Counted from the stretch's first letter, positions 17,725-27,908 are shown. The stretch is DNA of 61,985 nt from Acidimicrobiia bacterium (GCA_038321755.1 JBBQFJ010000002.1:1-61985); one strand, 5' to 3'. Program-made: numbers and translations. Notes: a model not told the origin generated them from the letters alone.

Positions 17725-18639
17725 ATGACCACGCTCTCCGGCGCCAAGATCCTCGTGACCGGTCCGACGGGGCAGGTCGCGCTGCCGTTGACGCTGTCGC
17801 TCGCGAAGGACAACGACGTGTGGGGCGCGGCGCGCTTCACCGATGCGAGCGCGCGTGAGCGGCTCGAGGGCGCCGGGGTCACGTGCGTGGTCACCGATCT
17901 GGCGACCACGGACTTCTCGGACTTCCCGACCGACTTCGACTACGTGCTGAACCTCGCGGTCACGCGTGGCGGCGATGCCGACTGGGACCGGGACCTCGCG
18001 GCGAACGGCGAAGCGGTCGCGCTCCTCATGGCCCGGGCCAACCCGAAGGCGTTCCTCCAGTGTTCGTCGACCGCGGTGTACGAGCACGCCGGGCCCACGC
18101 ACGCGCTGGTGGAGACCGATCCGCTCGGCGACAACCACCGCGTCATGTTCCCGACGTACAGCCTGGCGAAGATCTCGGCCGAGGTCGTCGCTCGTGCCGC
18201 AGCACGCGACCACGGAGTGCCCACGACGATCGCCCGCCTCAACGTCCCCTACGGCGACAACGGCGGGTGGCCGTCATGGCACCTCGAGTTCATGAAGGCC
18301 GGGCACCCGATCACGCTGCACCCCGAGCGCCCGAACCTGTTCAACCCGATACACGACGACGACATCTTCGCGACGCTGCCCGCCCTCCTCGAGGCCGCGC
18401 GCGTCCCGGCGACCATCGTGAACTGGGGTGGTGGGCCGGCGTCGATCGAGGACTGGTGTGGGCTGATGGGCGAGCTCACCGGGATCGAGCCGAAGTTCGA
18501 GGAGACCGACGGCACGCTCGGGAGCGTGTTCGTCGATCTCACCAAGATGCACGAGCTCGCCGGCGCGGCCCAGGTCGGATGGCGCGACGGCATCCGCCGG
18601 ATGGTGGAGGCGCGTCATCCCGAGCTCCTGAAAGCCTGA
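17725..18639 (+). CDS. NAD-dependent epimerase/dehydratase family protein
   Basis: ILVTGPTGQVA Rossmann motif. GGAGGAG Shine-Dalgarno 6 nt upstream of the ATG. Confidence 0.75.
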   Translation: MTTLSGAKILVTGPTGQVALPLTLSLAKDNDVWGAARFTDASARERLEGAGVTCVVTDLATTDFSDFPTDFDYVLNLAVTRGGDADWDRDLAANGEAVALLMARANPKAFLQCSSTAVYEHAGPTHALVETDPLGDNHRVMFPTYSLAKISAEVVARAAARDHGVPTTIARLNVPYGDNGGWPSWHLEFMKAGHPITLHPERPNLFNPIHDDDIFATLPALLEAARVPATIVNWGGGPASIEDWCGLMGELTGIEPKFEETDGTLGSVFVDLTKMHELAGAAQVGWRDGIRRMVEARHPELLKA

Positions 18640-18685
18640 TGCCCGGCCTTCGTGCGATCGACGTCGACGTCGATGGTGGCTGGGA

Positions 18686-19867
18686 TCAGGGAGCCGGGGT
18701 TCGGAAGAGCACCTTGTAGACGTCGGTGGAGTGGTCGTTGTCCGGGGCATTGGTGTTGTACGACGCGGTGAGCGCGCCACCGGGCAGCTGGAACACGCGC
18801 CCGTTGTAGGTGAAGCCGCCCGAGGGAGCGGGAGTGCTCGCGACGACCTTCCGCTGCGTCCACGGGCCGTAGGGGGTCGGCGCGCTCCACGTGTTGATCG
18901 GGTCCGGATACACGTCGCGGAGCTTTGCCGAGGCGAGGAACGTGCCATCCGCCTGCGGGATCACCCACAGTGGGGCGCTCGGTCCGTTCAGCAGAGGCGC
19001 GCCCGTGGTGGGCATCTCGAACTGCATCGGGCACGCGCCGCCGCTGCCGGGCGCGCACGGGACGCTCGTTCCCGCCAGGGTCCAGTTGTCGGGGTCGTTG
19101 CCTGCGTACCCACCGTTCCAGTACTGCCAGGTGGCGGTGGAGGGGTCGGTGCCGACCGGGACGCGTGCGACGTACTGGGAGTCCGGGTGCAGCCCGTCGG
19201 GCGTGTTCCGTCCGAAGATGTAGTGAAAGCCGTTCGCAGTCACGACTCCGTTGCCGAACTCCGGGAGCAGTCCGGCGGCCGGACTCGGCCTGACATCGAT
19301 GAAGCGGAGGTCGGGGAGCGCAAACCTCGCGATCTCGATGTCGAGCGCGATGCAACCGCACAGTCCGGGGCCGGGCACGAAGCGCTGGGCGAACACAGAG
19401 AGGATCGAGCCGTCCACGTACGCGCCCATCGGCCAGTAGTACTGACCGGCGGGTGCCGGGATCAGGTCGGTTCGTGCACCGTGGCTTCCGCCCATGATCG
19501 GCGTGAGGCAGCCGCCGGTCTGCACCACGAACGCGTTGCGCACGAGGCGGTACGGGTCCGCCATCGCGCCGTTTCGGATGTACCCGCTCCAGGTGTCCGC
19601 GAAGAGCCACAGGGTCTTCCCGTTCCCGAGGTCGACCGGTGCCCCGTTGTCGCCGGCGCCGAAGTCGGTGTTCACCGTGCGGAGCCCGTCGTGCTGCGCC
19701 TGGTAGTCGGCCGCCTGGCGCGGCGTCCCGCCCGAGCAGTACTGGGCCTGATAGGCGGGGACCGGAGGCGGGGGCGGCACGGGAACGCACGCCGCGAGGA
19801 GTGCACCTCCAACCGCGGTGAGCGTCAACAGCCACACCCGTCGTGGTGGACGACGAGGCGAACGCAC
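18686..19867 (-). CDS. secreted hypothetical protein, possibly DUF4185-like
   Basis: Signal or lipobox-like RRVWLLTLTAVGGALLAAC. DLGNGKTLWLFADTW resembles the DUF4185 motif. Start is uncertain (GTG 19867 or 19837). Confidence 0.55.
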   Translation of the reverse strand: MRSPRRPPRRVWLLTLTAVGGALLAACVPVPPPPPVPAYQAQYCSGGTPRQAADYQAQHDGLRTVNTDFGAGDNGAPVDLGNGKTLWLFADTWSGYIRNGAMADPYRLVRNAFVVQTGGCLTPIMGGSHGARTDLIPAPAGQYYWPMGAYVDGSILSVFAQRFVPGPGLCGCIALDIEIARFALPDLRFIDVRPSPAAGLLPEFGNGVVTANGFHYIFGRNTPDGLHPDSQYVARVPVGTDPSTATWQYWNGGYAGNDPDNWTLAGTSVPCAPGSGGACPMQFEMPTTGAPLLNGPSAPLWVIPQADGTFLASAKLRDVYPDPINTWSAPTPYGPWTQRKVVASTPAPSGGFTYNGRVFQLPGGALTASYNTNAPDNDHSTDVYKVLFRTPAP

Positions 19868-20049
19868 GGCATCAGGGTAGTGGTGCTCACGGCGGAAGCC
19901 AACGGGGGTCTCGACCACCCGTTGTTCAGGCCGTTGCTCTGGAGGCGGGTGTCTTGCAGGCGGTTGTGTGGTGTGGGCCGGGTGGCGGTTGTAGGTTGCC
20001 CCGACTGACGCGTCCGTCAGGTCCGGGTCATCGTGGGGGAGTTCGAGGA

Positions 20050-20922
20050 GTGAAGCCGGCACCGTTCGAGTACCACGCGCCCGAGTCGGTGGCGGACGTG
20101 GTGGCACTGCTCGCCGAGCATGCCGACGAGTGCAAGCCGCTGGCCGGCGGACAGAGCCTCGTGCCGATGCTCGCGCTGCGCCTCACCCGCTTCGAGCACC
20201 TGATCGACCTGAACCGGGTCTCCGAGCTCGTCGGGATGAGCCGGGACGACGGCGCGCTGCGGGTCGGGGCGATGACCAGACAGCGGGCCGTCGAGCGCGA
20301 TCCGGGGGTCGCCACGATTGTGCCCCTCCTGGCGCAGGCTGTCCCGTGCATCGGCCACACCCAGATCCGCAACCGGGGCACGATCGGCGGCTCGATCGCC
20401 CACGCGGATCCTGCGTCCGAGCTGCCGGCGGTCGCGCTGGCGTTGGACGCCGAGCTCGAGATCGCATCGGACCGCGGCACGCGCCGCGTCCCCGCGGCCG
20501 AGTTCTTCGAAGGAACGTGGTCGACCTGCCTCGCCGACGACGAGCTCCTCGTCGCCGCGCACTTCCCGATCTGGGAGGGGCGGTGCGGGTTCGCGTTCGA
20601 GGAGGTCGCCCGACGCAGTGGCGACTTCGCGCTGGCCGGCGTCGCGGCGGGCATCGAGCTCGGTGGTGATGGCGCGGTGCAGCGCGCCTCGCTCGGACTG
20701 CTCGGCATGGGAGGCACGCCGCTCCGAGCGAGTGCAGCCGAGGCGGCGATCCTCGGCCGCACCCCGACCGCGCCCGACCTCGACGAGATCGCGGCGCTGG
20801 CCGTTGCCGAGCTCGACCCACCCGAGGACGTGCACGGCAGCTCGGCCTATCGAGCGCGGATCGGCGCACACCTGGTTCGCACCACCCTCGCCCGAGCGAT
20901 CGAGGAGGCACGGCGCTCATGA
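20050..20922 (+). CDS. molybdenum hydroxylase FAD-binding (medium, CoxM-like) subunit
   Basis: KPLAGGQSLVPML and RNRGTIGGSIAHADP motifs. GTG start preceded by GGGGGAG. Confidence 0.85.
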   Translation: MKPAPFEYHAPESVADVVALLAEHADECKPLAGGQSLVPMLALRLTRFEHLIDLNRVSELVGMSRDDGALRVGAMTRQRAVERDPGVATIVPLLAQAVPCIGHTQIRNRGTIGGSIAHADPASELPAVALALDAELEIASDRGTRRVPAAEFFEGTWSTCLADDELLVAAHFPIWEGRCGFAFEEVARRSGDFALAGVAAGIELGGDGAVQRASLGLLGMGGTPLRASAAEAAILGRTPTAPDLDEIAALAVAELDPPEDVHGSSAYRARIGAHLVRTTLARAIEEARRS

Positions 20923-21443
20923 CCGACCAGCACAGCTCGGAGCACGCGATCAGCGTCGTGGTGAACGGTGAGGGCCGTCGGCGCACGGTCGAAGCCCGAA
21001 GGACCCTCGCCGACTTCCTCCGCGAGGACTGTGCACTCACCGGGACGCACCTCGGATGCGAGCACGGCGTCTGCGGTGCGTGCACCGTGATCCTCGATGG
21101 GGAGAGCGTCCGCTCCTGTCTCATGTTCGCGGTGCAAGCCGATGGCGCCGAGATCACCACCGTCGAGGGGCTCGCGGGCGCTGACGGTTCGCTCTCCCCG
21201 GTGCAGGACGCGTTCCGGGAGGAGCACGGGTTGCAGTGCGGATTCTGCACGCCGGGCTTCGTCGTCACCGTGACGCAGCTCCTCGCGGAGAACCCGGATC
21301 CGACCGATGCCGAGATCCTCGAGGGGATCTCAGGGAACCTGTGCCGCTGCACGGGGTACCAGGGGATCGTTCGAGCCGTGCGTCGTGCGAGCACATCGGG
21401 GTTGGGCGGGGCGGGGTCGGGCGTGGCGGGGGCGGGCGCGTGA
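20919..21443 (+). CDS. (2Fe-2S)-binding small (CoxS-like) subunit
   Basis: GCEHGVCGACTV and CGFCTPGF...CRCTGY motifs. ATGA overlap. Confidence 0.9.
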   Translation: MTDQHSSEHAISVVVNGEGRRRTVEARRTLADFLREDCALTGTHLGCEHGVCGACTVILDGESVRSCLMFAVQADGAEITTVEGLAGADGSLSPVQDAFREEHGLQCGFCTPGFVVTVTQLLAENPDPTDAEILEGISGNLCRCTGYQGIVRAVRRASTSGLGGAGSGVAGAGA

Positions 21444-23782
21444 GCCAGGTCACCGATCACACCGCGGGCCGGTTCGTCGGGCAGCGGATCAAGCGGCGGG
21501 AGGACCCGCGCCTCCTCACCGGGCACGGCGCGTACGTCGACGACGTCCAGGTGCCGGGGATGCTGCACGCTTCGTTCGTGCGCAGCGACCTCGCGCGGGC
21601 GCGGATCACGGGCATCGACACGGCCGCCGCACTCGCCCTCCCGGGCGTGCACGCAGTGCTCACCGGGGCAGATCTCAACCCGGGTGCAGGATCAAGACAG
21701 CCGAGCATGTTCCAGGGCGACGCGCCGCCGTCGCCGTGCGCGCCCGTCCCCTTGTTGGCCGACGGCGACGTGCGTTTCGTCGGAGATCCCGTCGCCATCG
21801 TGATCGCCGAGAGCCGCTACCTGGCCGAGGACGGGTGTGAGCTCGTCGAGGTCGGCTACGAGGAGCTGCCGCCGGTCATCGATCCCGAGCTCGCGATGAC
21901 CGAGACCGAGCACCTCGTCCACCCCGAGCTGGGGTCGAACGTCGCGATGAGCATCCCCACGCCTCCGGACGCGGAGCTCGACGCGATCTTCGAGTCGGCC
22001 GCGCACGTCGTGCGCGAGACGTTGATCCAACACCGCCACACGAACGTCCCGATGGAGACGCGTGGTGTGGTCGCCGGGTACGAACCGGCGACCGGCGAGC
22101 TCGAGGTCACCCTCTCGACGCAGAACCCGCACGAGGCGCGCCAGGTGTGCAGCCGGCTCACCGGCGTGCCCGAGCACCGCGTACGAGTGATCGGCGCTGA
22201 TGTCGGTGGCGGGTTCGGTCAGAAGTTCTTCATGCAGCGCGAGGAGGAGATCGTCACCGCCGCTGCGGTGAAGCTCGGGCGGATCATCAAGTGGATCGAG
22301 GACCGACGCGAGAACCTGATCGCGTCGAACCACGCGCGAGCTGACCGCATCACGGTCGAGGTAGCAGTCGATGCCGACGGGCGCATGCTCGCGGCGAAGC
22401 TCGACCACCTCGAGGACTGCGGCGCCTACCCGATGGGTGGCACCGGTGGTGTCGGCCCGTTCGTGGCGATGCTCTTCCCCGGTCCGTATCACATCGGTCG
22501 GCTTGGCTTCGTGAGCACATGCGTCTGGACGAACACCTGTGGCCGGGGCGCGTACCGCGGCCCGTGGATGCTCGAGACCGTGGCGCGCGAGGAGATCATC
22601 GACCTGATCGCACGTCAGATCGGGATGGACCCGCTCGAGGTCCGGCGCGTGAACGTGCTGCAGATGGACGAGCTGCCGCACACGACGCCGATGGGCATGG
22701 AGCTCGACCACGTGACGCCTGCGGAGACGCTCGAGCAGGCGGTCGCGATCATTGGATACGACGCGTTCCGTGAGGAGCAGCATGCCGCCTACGAGCGTGA
22801 CGGAACGCTCCGCGGCATCGGCATCGGGCTCTATGTGGAACCCACGAGCATGGGGTCGGGCTCGCTCGGGGTCGAGACCGCGACCGTTCGCGTGCAGCCG
22901 AGCGGCAAGGTCACGGTGATGCTCGGGACGGGCTCACACGGCCAGGGCGTGGAGACGACGATGGCGCAGGTCGTCGCCGAGCACCTGGGCGTCGCGCTGG
23001 ACGACGTCGTCGTGGTCCAGGGCGACACCGCGTCGTCACCGTTCGGCGGTGGGACGGGTGGCAGCCGCACCGCCGTCGTCGCGGGTGGCGCGACTCGTGA
23101 GGCCTCGATCGAGGTGCGGCAGAAGGCCGTGGAGATCGCGGCGCACCTGCTCGAGGCTGCGCCGGAAGACCTCGAGGTCGAGGACGGGCGCGTCTCCGTG
23201 CGGGGCACACCGACCCGCGGCGTCGATCTCGCAGAGATCGCGCGCGTCGCGTACAACTCCCCGGCGGAGCTCCCGGACGGTGCCGTCCCGAACCTCGAGG
23301 CGACGGTGAGCTACCAGGCTCCGCCGATCACGTGGTCGAACGCATGCCACGTCTGCACGGTGGAGGTGCACCCCGAGACGGGGATCGTCAAGATCCTGCG
23401 GTACGTCGTGAGCGAAGACTGCGGCGTGATGATCAACCCGATGATCGTCGAAGGGCAGATCGCGGGGGGTGTCGCCCAGGGCATCGGCGGCGTCCTCTAC
23501 GAGCACCTCGTGTACGACGAGTACGGCACCCCACTCACCACGACGTTCCTCGATTACCTCGTCCCGACCGCGAGCGAGGTGCCCGTGATCGAGTACGGAC
23601 ACGTCGAGACCCGCTCACCGACACCCGGCGGCCACAAGGGCATGGGCGAGGGCGGGGCGATCGGCTCACCCCCTGCCGTGTTCAACGCCGTGGCCGACGC
23701 GCTCGCGCTGCGGGGCGCGAAGGTCACGGCGCAGCCGCTGACGCCGACCGCGATCATCGAAGCCCTCGACGCCGCCGAGTGA
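21440..23782 (+). CDS. molybdopterin-binding large (CoxL-like) subunit, xanthine dehydrogenase family
   Basis: RIKRREDPRLLTG N-terminus, GGGFGQK, and a GAYRGPW loop in place of the CO-dehydrogenase AYXCSFR. GTGA overlap. Confidence 0.9.
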   Translation: MSQVTDHTAGRFVGQRIKRREDPRLLTGHGAYVDDVQVPGMLHASFVRSDLARARITGIDTAAALALPGVHAVLTGADLNPGAGSRQPSMFQGDAPPSPCAPVPLLADGDVRFVGDPVAIVIAESRYLAEDGCELVEVGYEELPPVIDPELAMTETEHLVHPELGSNVAMSIPTPPDAELDAIFESAAHVVRETLIQHRHTNVPMETRGVVAGYEPATGELEVTLSTQNPHEARQVCSRLTGVPEHRVRVIGADVGGGFGQKFFMQREEEIVTAAAVKLGRIIKWIEDRRENLIASNHARADRITVEVAVDADGRMLAAKLDHLEDCGAYPMGGTGGVGPFVAMLFPGPYHIGRLGFVSTCVWTNTCGRGAYRGPWMLETVAREEIIDLIARQIGMDPLEVRRVNVLQMDELPHTTPMGMELDHVTPAETLEQAVAIIGYDAFREEQHAAYERDGTLRGIGIGLYVEPTSMGSGSLGVETATVRVQPSGKVTVMLGTGSHGQGVETTMAQVVAEHLGVALDDVVVVQGDTASSPFGGGTGGSRTAVVAGGATREASIEVRQKAVEIAAHLLEAAPEDLEVEDGRVSVRGTPTRGVDLAEIARVAYNSPAELPDGAVPNLEATVSYQAPPITWSNACHVCTVEVHPETGIVKILRYVVSEDCGVMINPMIVEGQIAGGVAQGIGGVLYEHLVYDEYGTPLTTTFLDYLVPTASEVPVIEYGHVETRSPTPGGHKGMGEGGAIGSPPAVFNAVADALALRGAKVTAQPLTPTAIIEALDAAE

Positions 23783-23785
23783 GCC

Positions 23786-23832
23786 TTCTTGGCACGTTGA
23801 CCGACAACAGGTGTCGGTGAGCGTGCCAAGAA
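23786..23832. terminator. compound hairpin between convergent genes
   Basis: TTCTTGGCACG...CGTGCCAAGAA (11 bp, perfect) encloses ACCGACA-ACAGG-TGTCGGT. Locally lower GC. Confidence 0.55.
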
Positions 23833-23857
23833 CCCGCTGGTGCGGGGAGGGACGGGG

Positions 23858-24973
23858 TTAGGGCGCGCCGTCGAGGATGCCAGTGAGGCCGTACTTCGGG
23901 AACTCCCCGAGGAACATGTACTCGTGGAGGCCGTAGCCGACGTCGCCGGTGCTCGTCTCGAAGCGGGACGCGGCATCGACGATGCCGTAGAACCGCTCCG
24001 CATCCTGCTCGGTGTCGAGCGTGACGCCCTGCACCACGAGCTCGGGGCCGTGGTACATGCCGTGCTTCCAGTCGGGCTCGGGCCCGTACCCCGTGCCGAT
24101 CGCGATGTGCGACTCGATGAGCGGCGTGACCTCGATGTCGAACGCGCCGCTCGGCGCGTTCGGGAACGAGAGCTTGCTGCGGCGGATCCGGCGCGTCCCG
24201 GAGATGAACTCGTGAGCGTGCTCCGGTCGGCCGAGGTACTCGATCGGACGCCCGGGGTCGTTCCAGACCTTCTTGGCGGTCTCGAGGTCACGTGACCCGT
24301 CGGGCTTCTCGGAGCACATGTAGACGATCGCGTAGTCATCGAACTGGATCGGGTCGTAGTTCCACATGCTCATCGCGAACGGACCTTCGGCGAGGATGCC
24401 AGGCGGCTCCGGATCGCCGATCGGGCGCACGCCCCACGAGCGGTCGCGCGTCCCCTTCCAGTTCGGACCGGTGACCTCGATGTGGTCGTCGTCGACGAGG
24501 ATGTGGCCGGCCCAGAATCCTGTCTGCGCGAACCGCTGCGTGTCGAAGGTGATGCGCTCCATCTGGCGGATGTAGTGGCGCGGCTCGAGCATCGGGACGA
24601 TCGAACCGGTGAACGTCAGGTCGAACGACACGCCGTGCTCGTTGGGCTCCAGGACGAAGCGGACCTGCTTGAGTCCCTCGATGACCTCGAGGGAGAAGGG
24701 ACCCACGGTGGTGTCCATGCGGTCGTTGCCGAGCGGCCGCGACGCCCGCACGATCCGGTGCTCGGTGCCGCGGCGCACGAGCACGAAGGCGTCCTGCACC
24801 GAGAGGTTGGGGTACTGCCCGAAGCCGGTGATCAGCATCACCTCGCCGGTCGAGTCGTGCAGCATGTTGTAGTAGCGGTCGTAGAAGTTGCGGTCCGACG
24901 TGGCGGGGTGCCGCAGCACCTCGGCGACCTGGTGGATCGGGTAGTCGTCGTACGGCGAGAGCGCTGAAGTCAT
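23858..24973 (-). CDS. conserved hypothetical protein (YPIHQ / TRDRSWG motifs)
   Basis: 371-aa ORF with good GC3 bias. I cannot name a domain. The motifs are reminiscent of AttH/CrtC-like beta-sandwich proteins. Confidence 0.65.
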   Translation of the reverse strand: MTSALSPYDDYPIHQVAEVLRHPATSDRNFYDRYYNMLHDSTGEVMLITGFGQYPNLSVQDAFVLVRRGTEHRIVRASRPLGNDRMDTTVGPFSLEVIEGLKQVRFVLEPNEHGVSFDLTFTGSIVPMLEPRHYIRQMERITFDTQRFAQTGFWAGHILVDDDHIEVTGPNWKGTRDRSWGVRPIGDPEPPGILAEGPFAMSMWNYDPIQFDDYAIVYMCSEKPDGSRDLETAKKVWNDPGRPIEYLGRPEHAHEFISGTRRIRRSKLSFPNAPSGAFDIEVTPLIESHIAIGTGYGPEPDWKHGMYHGPELVVQGVTLDTEQDAERFYGIVDAASRFETSTGDVGYGLHEYMFLGEFPKYGLTGILDGAP

Positions 24974-25005
24974 GAAACGTGTTCTAGTCGAGCGCTGCCG
25001 CCCGG

Positions 25006-25075
25006 TCAGGCGGCGAGGGCCTGCTCTTCTCTCAAGCGGCGAGGGCCTGCTCTTCTCTCAAGCGGCGAGGGCCTG
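25006..25075. repeat. 26-bp tandem repeat (2 full copies + 18-nt partial) spanning the stop codon of the 25058-26416 gene
   Basis: TCA(G/A)GCGGCGAGGGCCTGCTCTTCTC at 25006-25031 and 25032-25057. The copy from 25058 (18 nt) is the actual 3' end of the gene. Confidence 0.95.
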
Positions 25076-26416
25076 GCAGAACGTCCCGAAGGCCTCGACG
25101 TAGGCATCGATGTCGGCCTCGGTGTGCTGGACGGAGATCGTCCACTGCTCTTCGTCCCCGGGCGTCATGAAGACGCCCCGGTTGAGCACCCAGGGGAACG
25201 ACGCCGCGTACAGCTCGGTGCGGGTGTCGAGGAAGTCCCGGTAGTTCTGCAGCGGCTCGGATCGGTAGGAGATGCACCCCTTGGCGCCGAGGTCGACCGT
25301 GTGGGCCGGGATCCCGTGCTCGGCGATCGCCTTCGCGCATCCCTCGGCGAGACGGGTGCCGAGCTCCGACAACCGCGCGTACGCGTCCGGTGTGAGCACC
25401 TCGGTGAGGGCCGCGAGCCCGGCGGCGGCCACGAGCGGGTTGCCGTTGAACGTCCCCTGTTGCGCGGCACCGTGCTCGATGACGTCCATCACGTCGGCGC
25501 GCCCACCGAACGCAGCAGTCGGTGTGCCGCCGCCGATCGCCTTCGCGAAGCACGCGAGGTCGGGCTGGACGCCGAAGCGCTCGATCGCACCGCCCGCGGC
25601 GACGGTCGCGCCCGACTTCACCTCGTCGAAGATGAACACGACGCCGTGCTTGGTGCACAGGTCCCGGATCGCTTCGAGGTATCCGGGCTGCGGGAGGACC
25701 ACGCCGATGTTCATCATGATCGGTTCCATGATGAGACAGGCGAGCTCGCTCCCACGATCAGCGAAGAGTCGCTCGGCTGCCGGCACGTCGTTGAACGGAA
25801 CTGCGACCGTCCACTTGGCCATCTCGGTGGGGATGCCCTTGGACATCGGCGTCGAGACGGGAGCCTCGCGTCCACCCATCGCGTCCGCGCCGGGGACGAC
25901 GGAGAACATCACGGTGTCGTGATGCCCGTGGTACGAACCCTCGATCTTCGCGACGACGTCGCGCCCGGTCGCCGCACGCGCGACCCGGATCGCGTCCATG
26001 GTCGCCTCGGTACCGGAGTTCGCGAATCGGATCTTGTCGAGGTGGAAGCGTCGGCACAGCTCTTCTGCGAACGCGACGGTCACCTCGGTGGTGACGGCGA
26101 AGTGCGTCCCGGAGCGCGCGGCACGCTCGATCGCCTCGACGATCGTCGGGTGCGCGTGCCCGACCACGTTGGCACCGAACCCGCCGTGGAAGTCGACGTA
26201 CTCCGACCCGTCGACGTCCCACACGTGCGAGCCCATGCCGCGAGCGAGGTAGATCGGGTACGGATCCCCGGCCTGGAACGAAGAAGCCACGCCCATCGGC
26301 ATGTGCTGAGAAGCCCGCTCGAAGAGCGCCTTCGACGCCGATGTCCGAGTCAGCAGCTGCGGCGTCTCGTCAGCGACGATCGCCCCAGCATTGGTCGAGA
26401 ACCTGTCCGTCATCAT
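25058..26416 (-). CDS. class III aminotransferase (glutamate-1-semialdehyde-aminomutase-like)
   Basis: FANSGTEATMDAIRVARAATGR, EGSYHGHHD and IFDEVKSG motifs. Confidence 0.85.
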   Translation of the reverse strand: MMTDRFSTNAGAIVADETPQLLTRTSASKALFERASQHMPMGVASSFQAGDPYPIYLARGMGSHVWDVDGSEYVDFHGGFGANVVGHAHPTIVEAIERAARSGTHFAVTTEVTVAFAEELCRRFHLDKIRFANSGTEATMDAIRVARAATGRDVVAKIEGSYHGHHDTVMFSVVPGADAMGGREAPVSTPMSKGIPTEMAKWTVAVPFNDVPAAERLFADRGSELACLIMEPIMMNIGVVLPQPGYLEAIRDLCTKHGVVFIFDEVKSGATVAAGGAIERFGVQPDLACFAKAIGGGTPTAAFGGRADVMDVIEHGAAQQGTFNGNPLVAAAGLAALTEVLTPDAYARLSELGTRLAEGCAKAIAEHGIPAHTVDLGAKGCISYRSEPLQNYRDFLDTRTELYAASFPWVLNRGVFMTPGDEEQWTISVQHTEADIDAYVEAFGTFCQALAA

Positions 26417-26426
26417 CTGCTCCCGT

Positions 26427-27848
26427 TCACCACTTGACCATCACGTGCTTGAGCTCCGTGTACGCCTCGATCGCGTAGATCGACATGTCCTTGCCGTACC
26501 CGGACTGCTTGAATCCACCGTGGGGCATCTCGGAGACGATCGGGATGTGGTCGTTGACCCACACCGTGCCGAACTTGAGGAGCGCCGACATCTTCATGGC
26601 GCGCCCGGCGTCCTTGGTCCAGACGCTCGCCGAGAGCCCGTAGTCGATGTCGTTCGCCCACGCGAGCGCCTGGTCGTCGTCGCTGAACTGCTGCACGGTG
26701 ACGACCGGACCGAAGACCTCCCGCTGGATGATCTCGGAGTCCTGCGCCGCGCCGACCACGACGGACGGCTCGTAGAAGAAGCCGGCCCCGTCGATGGCCT
26801 TCCCCCCGACGGTGACCTCGGCGCCGGCTTCCCGGGCGCGGTCGACGAAACCGGTCACGCGCTCGCGTTGCTCGGCGGAGATCACGGGACCCATCGCGAC
26901 GTCGGGGTCGTGCGGGTCGCCCGTCTTGATGCCCCGGACGGCTTCGGTGAGGCTTGCGACGAAGCGGTCGTGCACCTTCGGTCCGGCGAGGACGCGACAC
27001 GGAGCGGTGCAGTCCTGTCCGGAGTTGTAGTAGCTGGCCTCGGCCAACGTCGCGACGACGGCTTCCAGGTCGGCGTCGTCGAACACGATGACGGGCGCTT
27101 TGCCGCCGAGCTCCAGGTGGACGCGGGTGAGGTTGTCTGCCGCCTCGCGCGCGATGAGCTTGCCCGTGTTGACGTCGCCGGTGAGCGACACCATCGCGAC
27201 CTTGGGGTGCGTCACCAGTGATGCACCCGCGGTCTCCCCCTGACCCGTGACGACGTTCAGAACGCCCGGAGGCAGGATGTCCGCGGTGATCTCGGCGAGC
27301 CGCAGTGCCGTGAGCGGGGTGAGCTCCGACGGCTTCAAGACCACCGTGTTGCCGGCTGCGAGCGCGGGACCGAGCTTCCACGTCGCCATGCCGAGCGGAT
27401 AGTTCCACGGCGCGATCGAACCGACGACGCCCAGCGGGTCGCGACGCAGGAAGGAAGTGTGGCCCTCCATGTACTCGCCCGCGGCGCGTCCTTCGAGGAA
27501 GCGCGCGCCGGCGGCGAAGAAGCGCCAGTTGTCGACGGCGAGATCCATCTCGAACTCGATGATCGACTCGGGCTTCCCGACGTTGTCGATCTCGAGCGCG
27601 TTGATCGTCGGGAGGTCTGCTTCGATCGCGTCGGCGACCTTCGACAGGAGCTCGGAGCGGTTGCGCGGTGGGAGCTGACCCCACTCGGCGAACGCGGCGT
27701 CGGCAGCAGCGACCGCGGCGTCGACGTCGGCTGCGTCGCTCGCCGGCACCTCGGCGATGACCTCGCCCGTTGCCGGGTTCAGCACCTGGTCGGTCGCGCC
27801 CGACTTCGCGTCGACCCACGCGCCACCGATGAAGTTCTGGTACGCCAT
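26427..27848 (-). CDS. NAD-dependent aldehyde dehydrogenase (aminobutyraldehyde-dehydrogenase-like)
   Basis: ALDH motifs LELGGKAP and [11 protein letters not shown]. Start at [11 protein letters not shown]. Confidence 0.9.
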   Translation of the reverse strand: MAYQNFIGGAWVDAKSGATDQVLNPATGEVIAEVPASDAADVDAAVAAADAAFAEWGQLPPRNRSELLSKVADAIEADLPTINALEIDNVGKPESIIEFEMDLAVDNWRFFAAGARFLEGRAAGEYMEGHTSFLRRDPLGVVGSIAPWNYPLGMATWKLGPALAAGNTVVLKPSELTPLTALRLAEITADILPPGVLNVVTGQGETAGASLVTHPKVAMVSLTGDVNTGKLIAREAADNLTRVHLELGGKAPVIVFDDADLEAVVATLAEASYYNSGQDCTAPCRVLAGPKVHDRFVASLTEAVRGIKTGDPHDPDVAMGPVISAEQRERVTGFVDRAREAGAEVTVGGKAIDGAGFFYEPSVVVGAAQDSEIIQREVFGPVVTVQQFSDDDQALAWANDIDYGLSASVWTKDAGRAMKMSALLKFGTVWVNDHIPIVSEMPHGGFKQSGYGKDMSIYAIEAYTELKHVMVKW

Positions 27849-27908
27849 CGCCTGGTTCCTCCTGGAGTCCGTTCTGACCACGATGTTGCAGGGTCAGGTG
27901 TACCCCGC

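Noticed and set aside
20050-23782. Aerobic carbon monoxide dehydrogenase (coxMSL).
   Set aside because: The large subunit lacks the AYXCSFR Cys-containing active-site loop and no coxDEFG accessory genes are present. It is called only as a xanthine-dehydrogenase-family enzyme.
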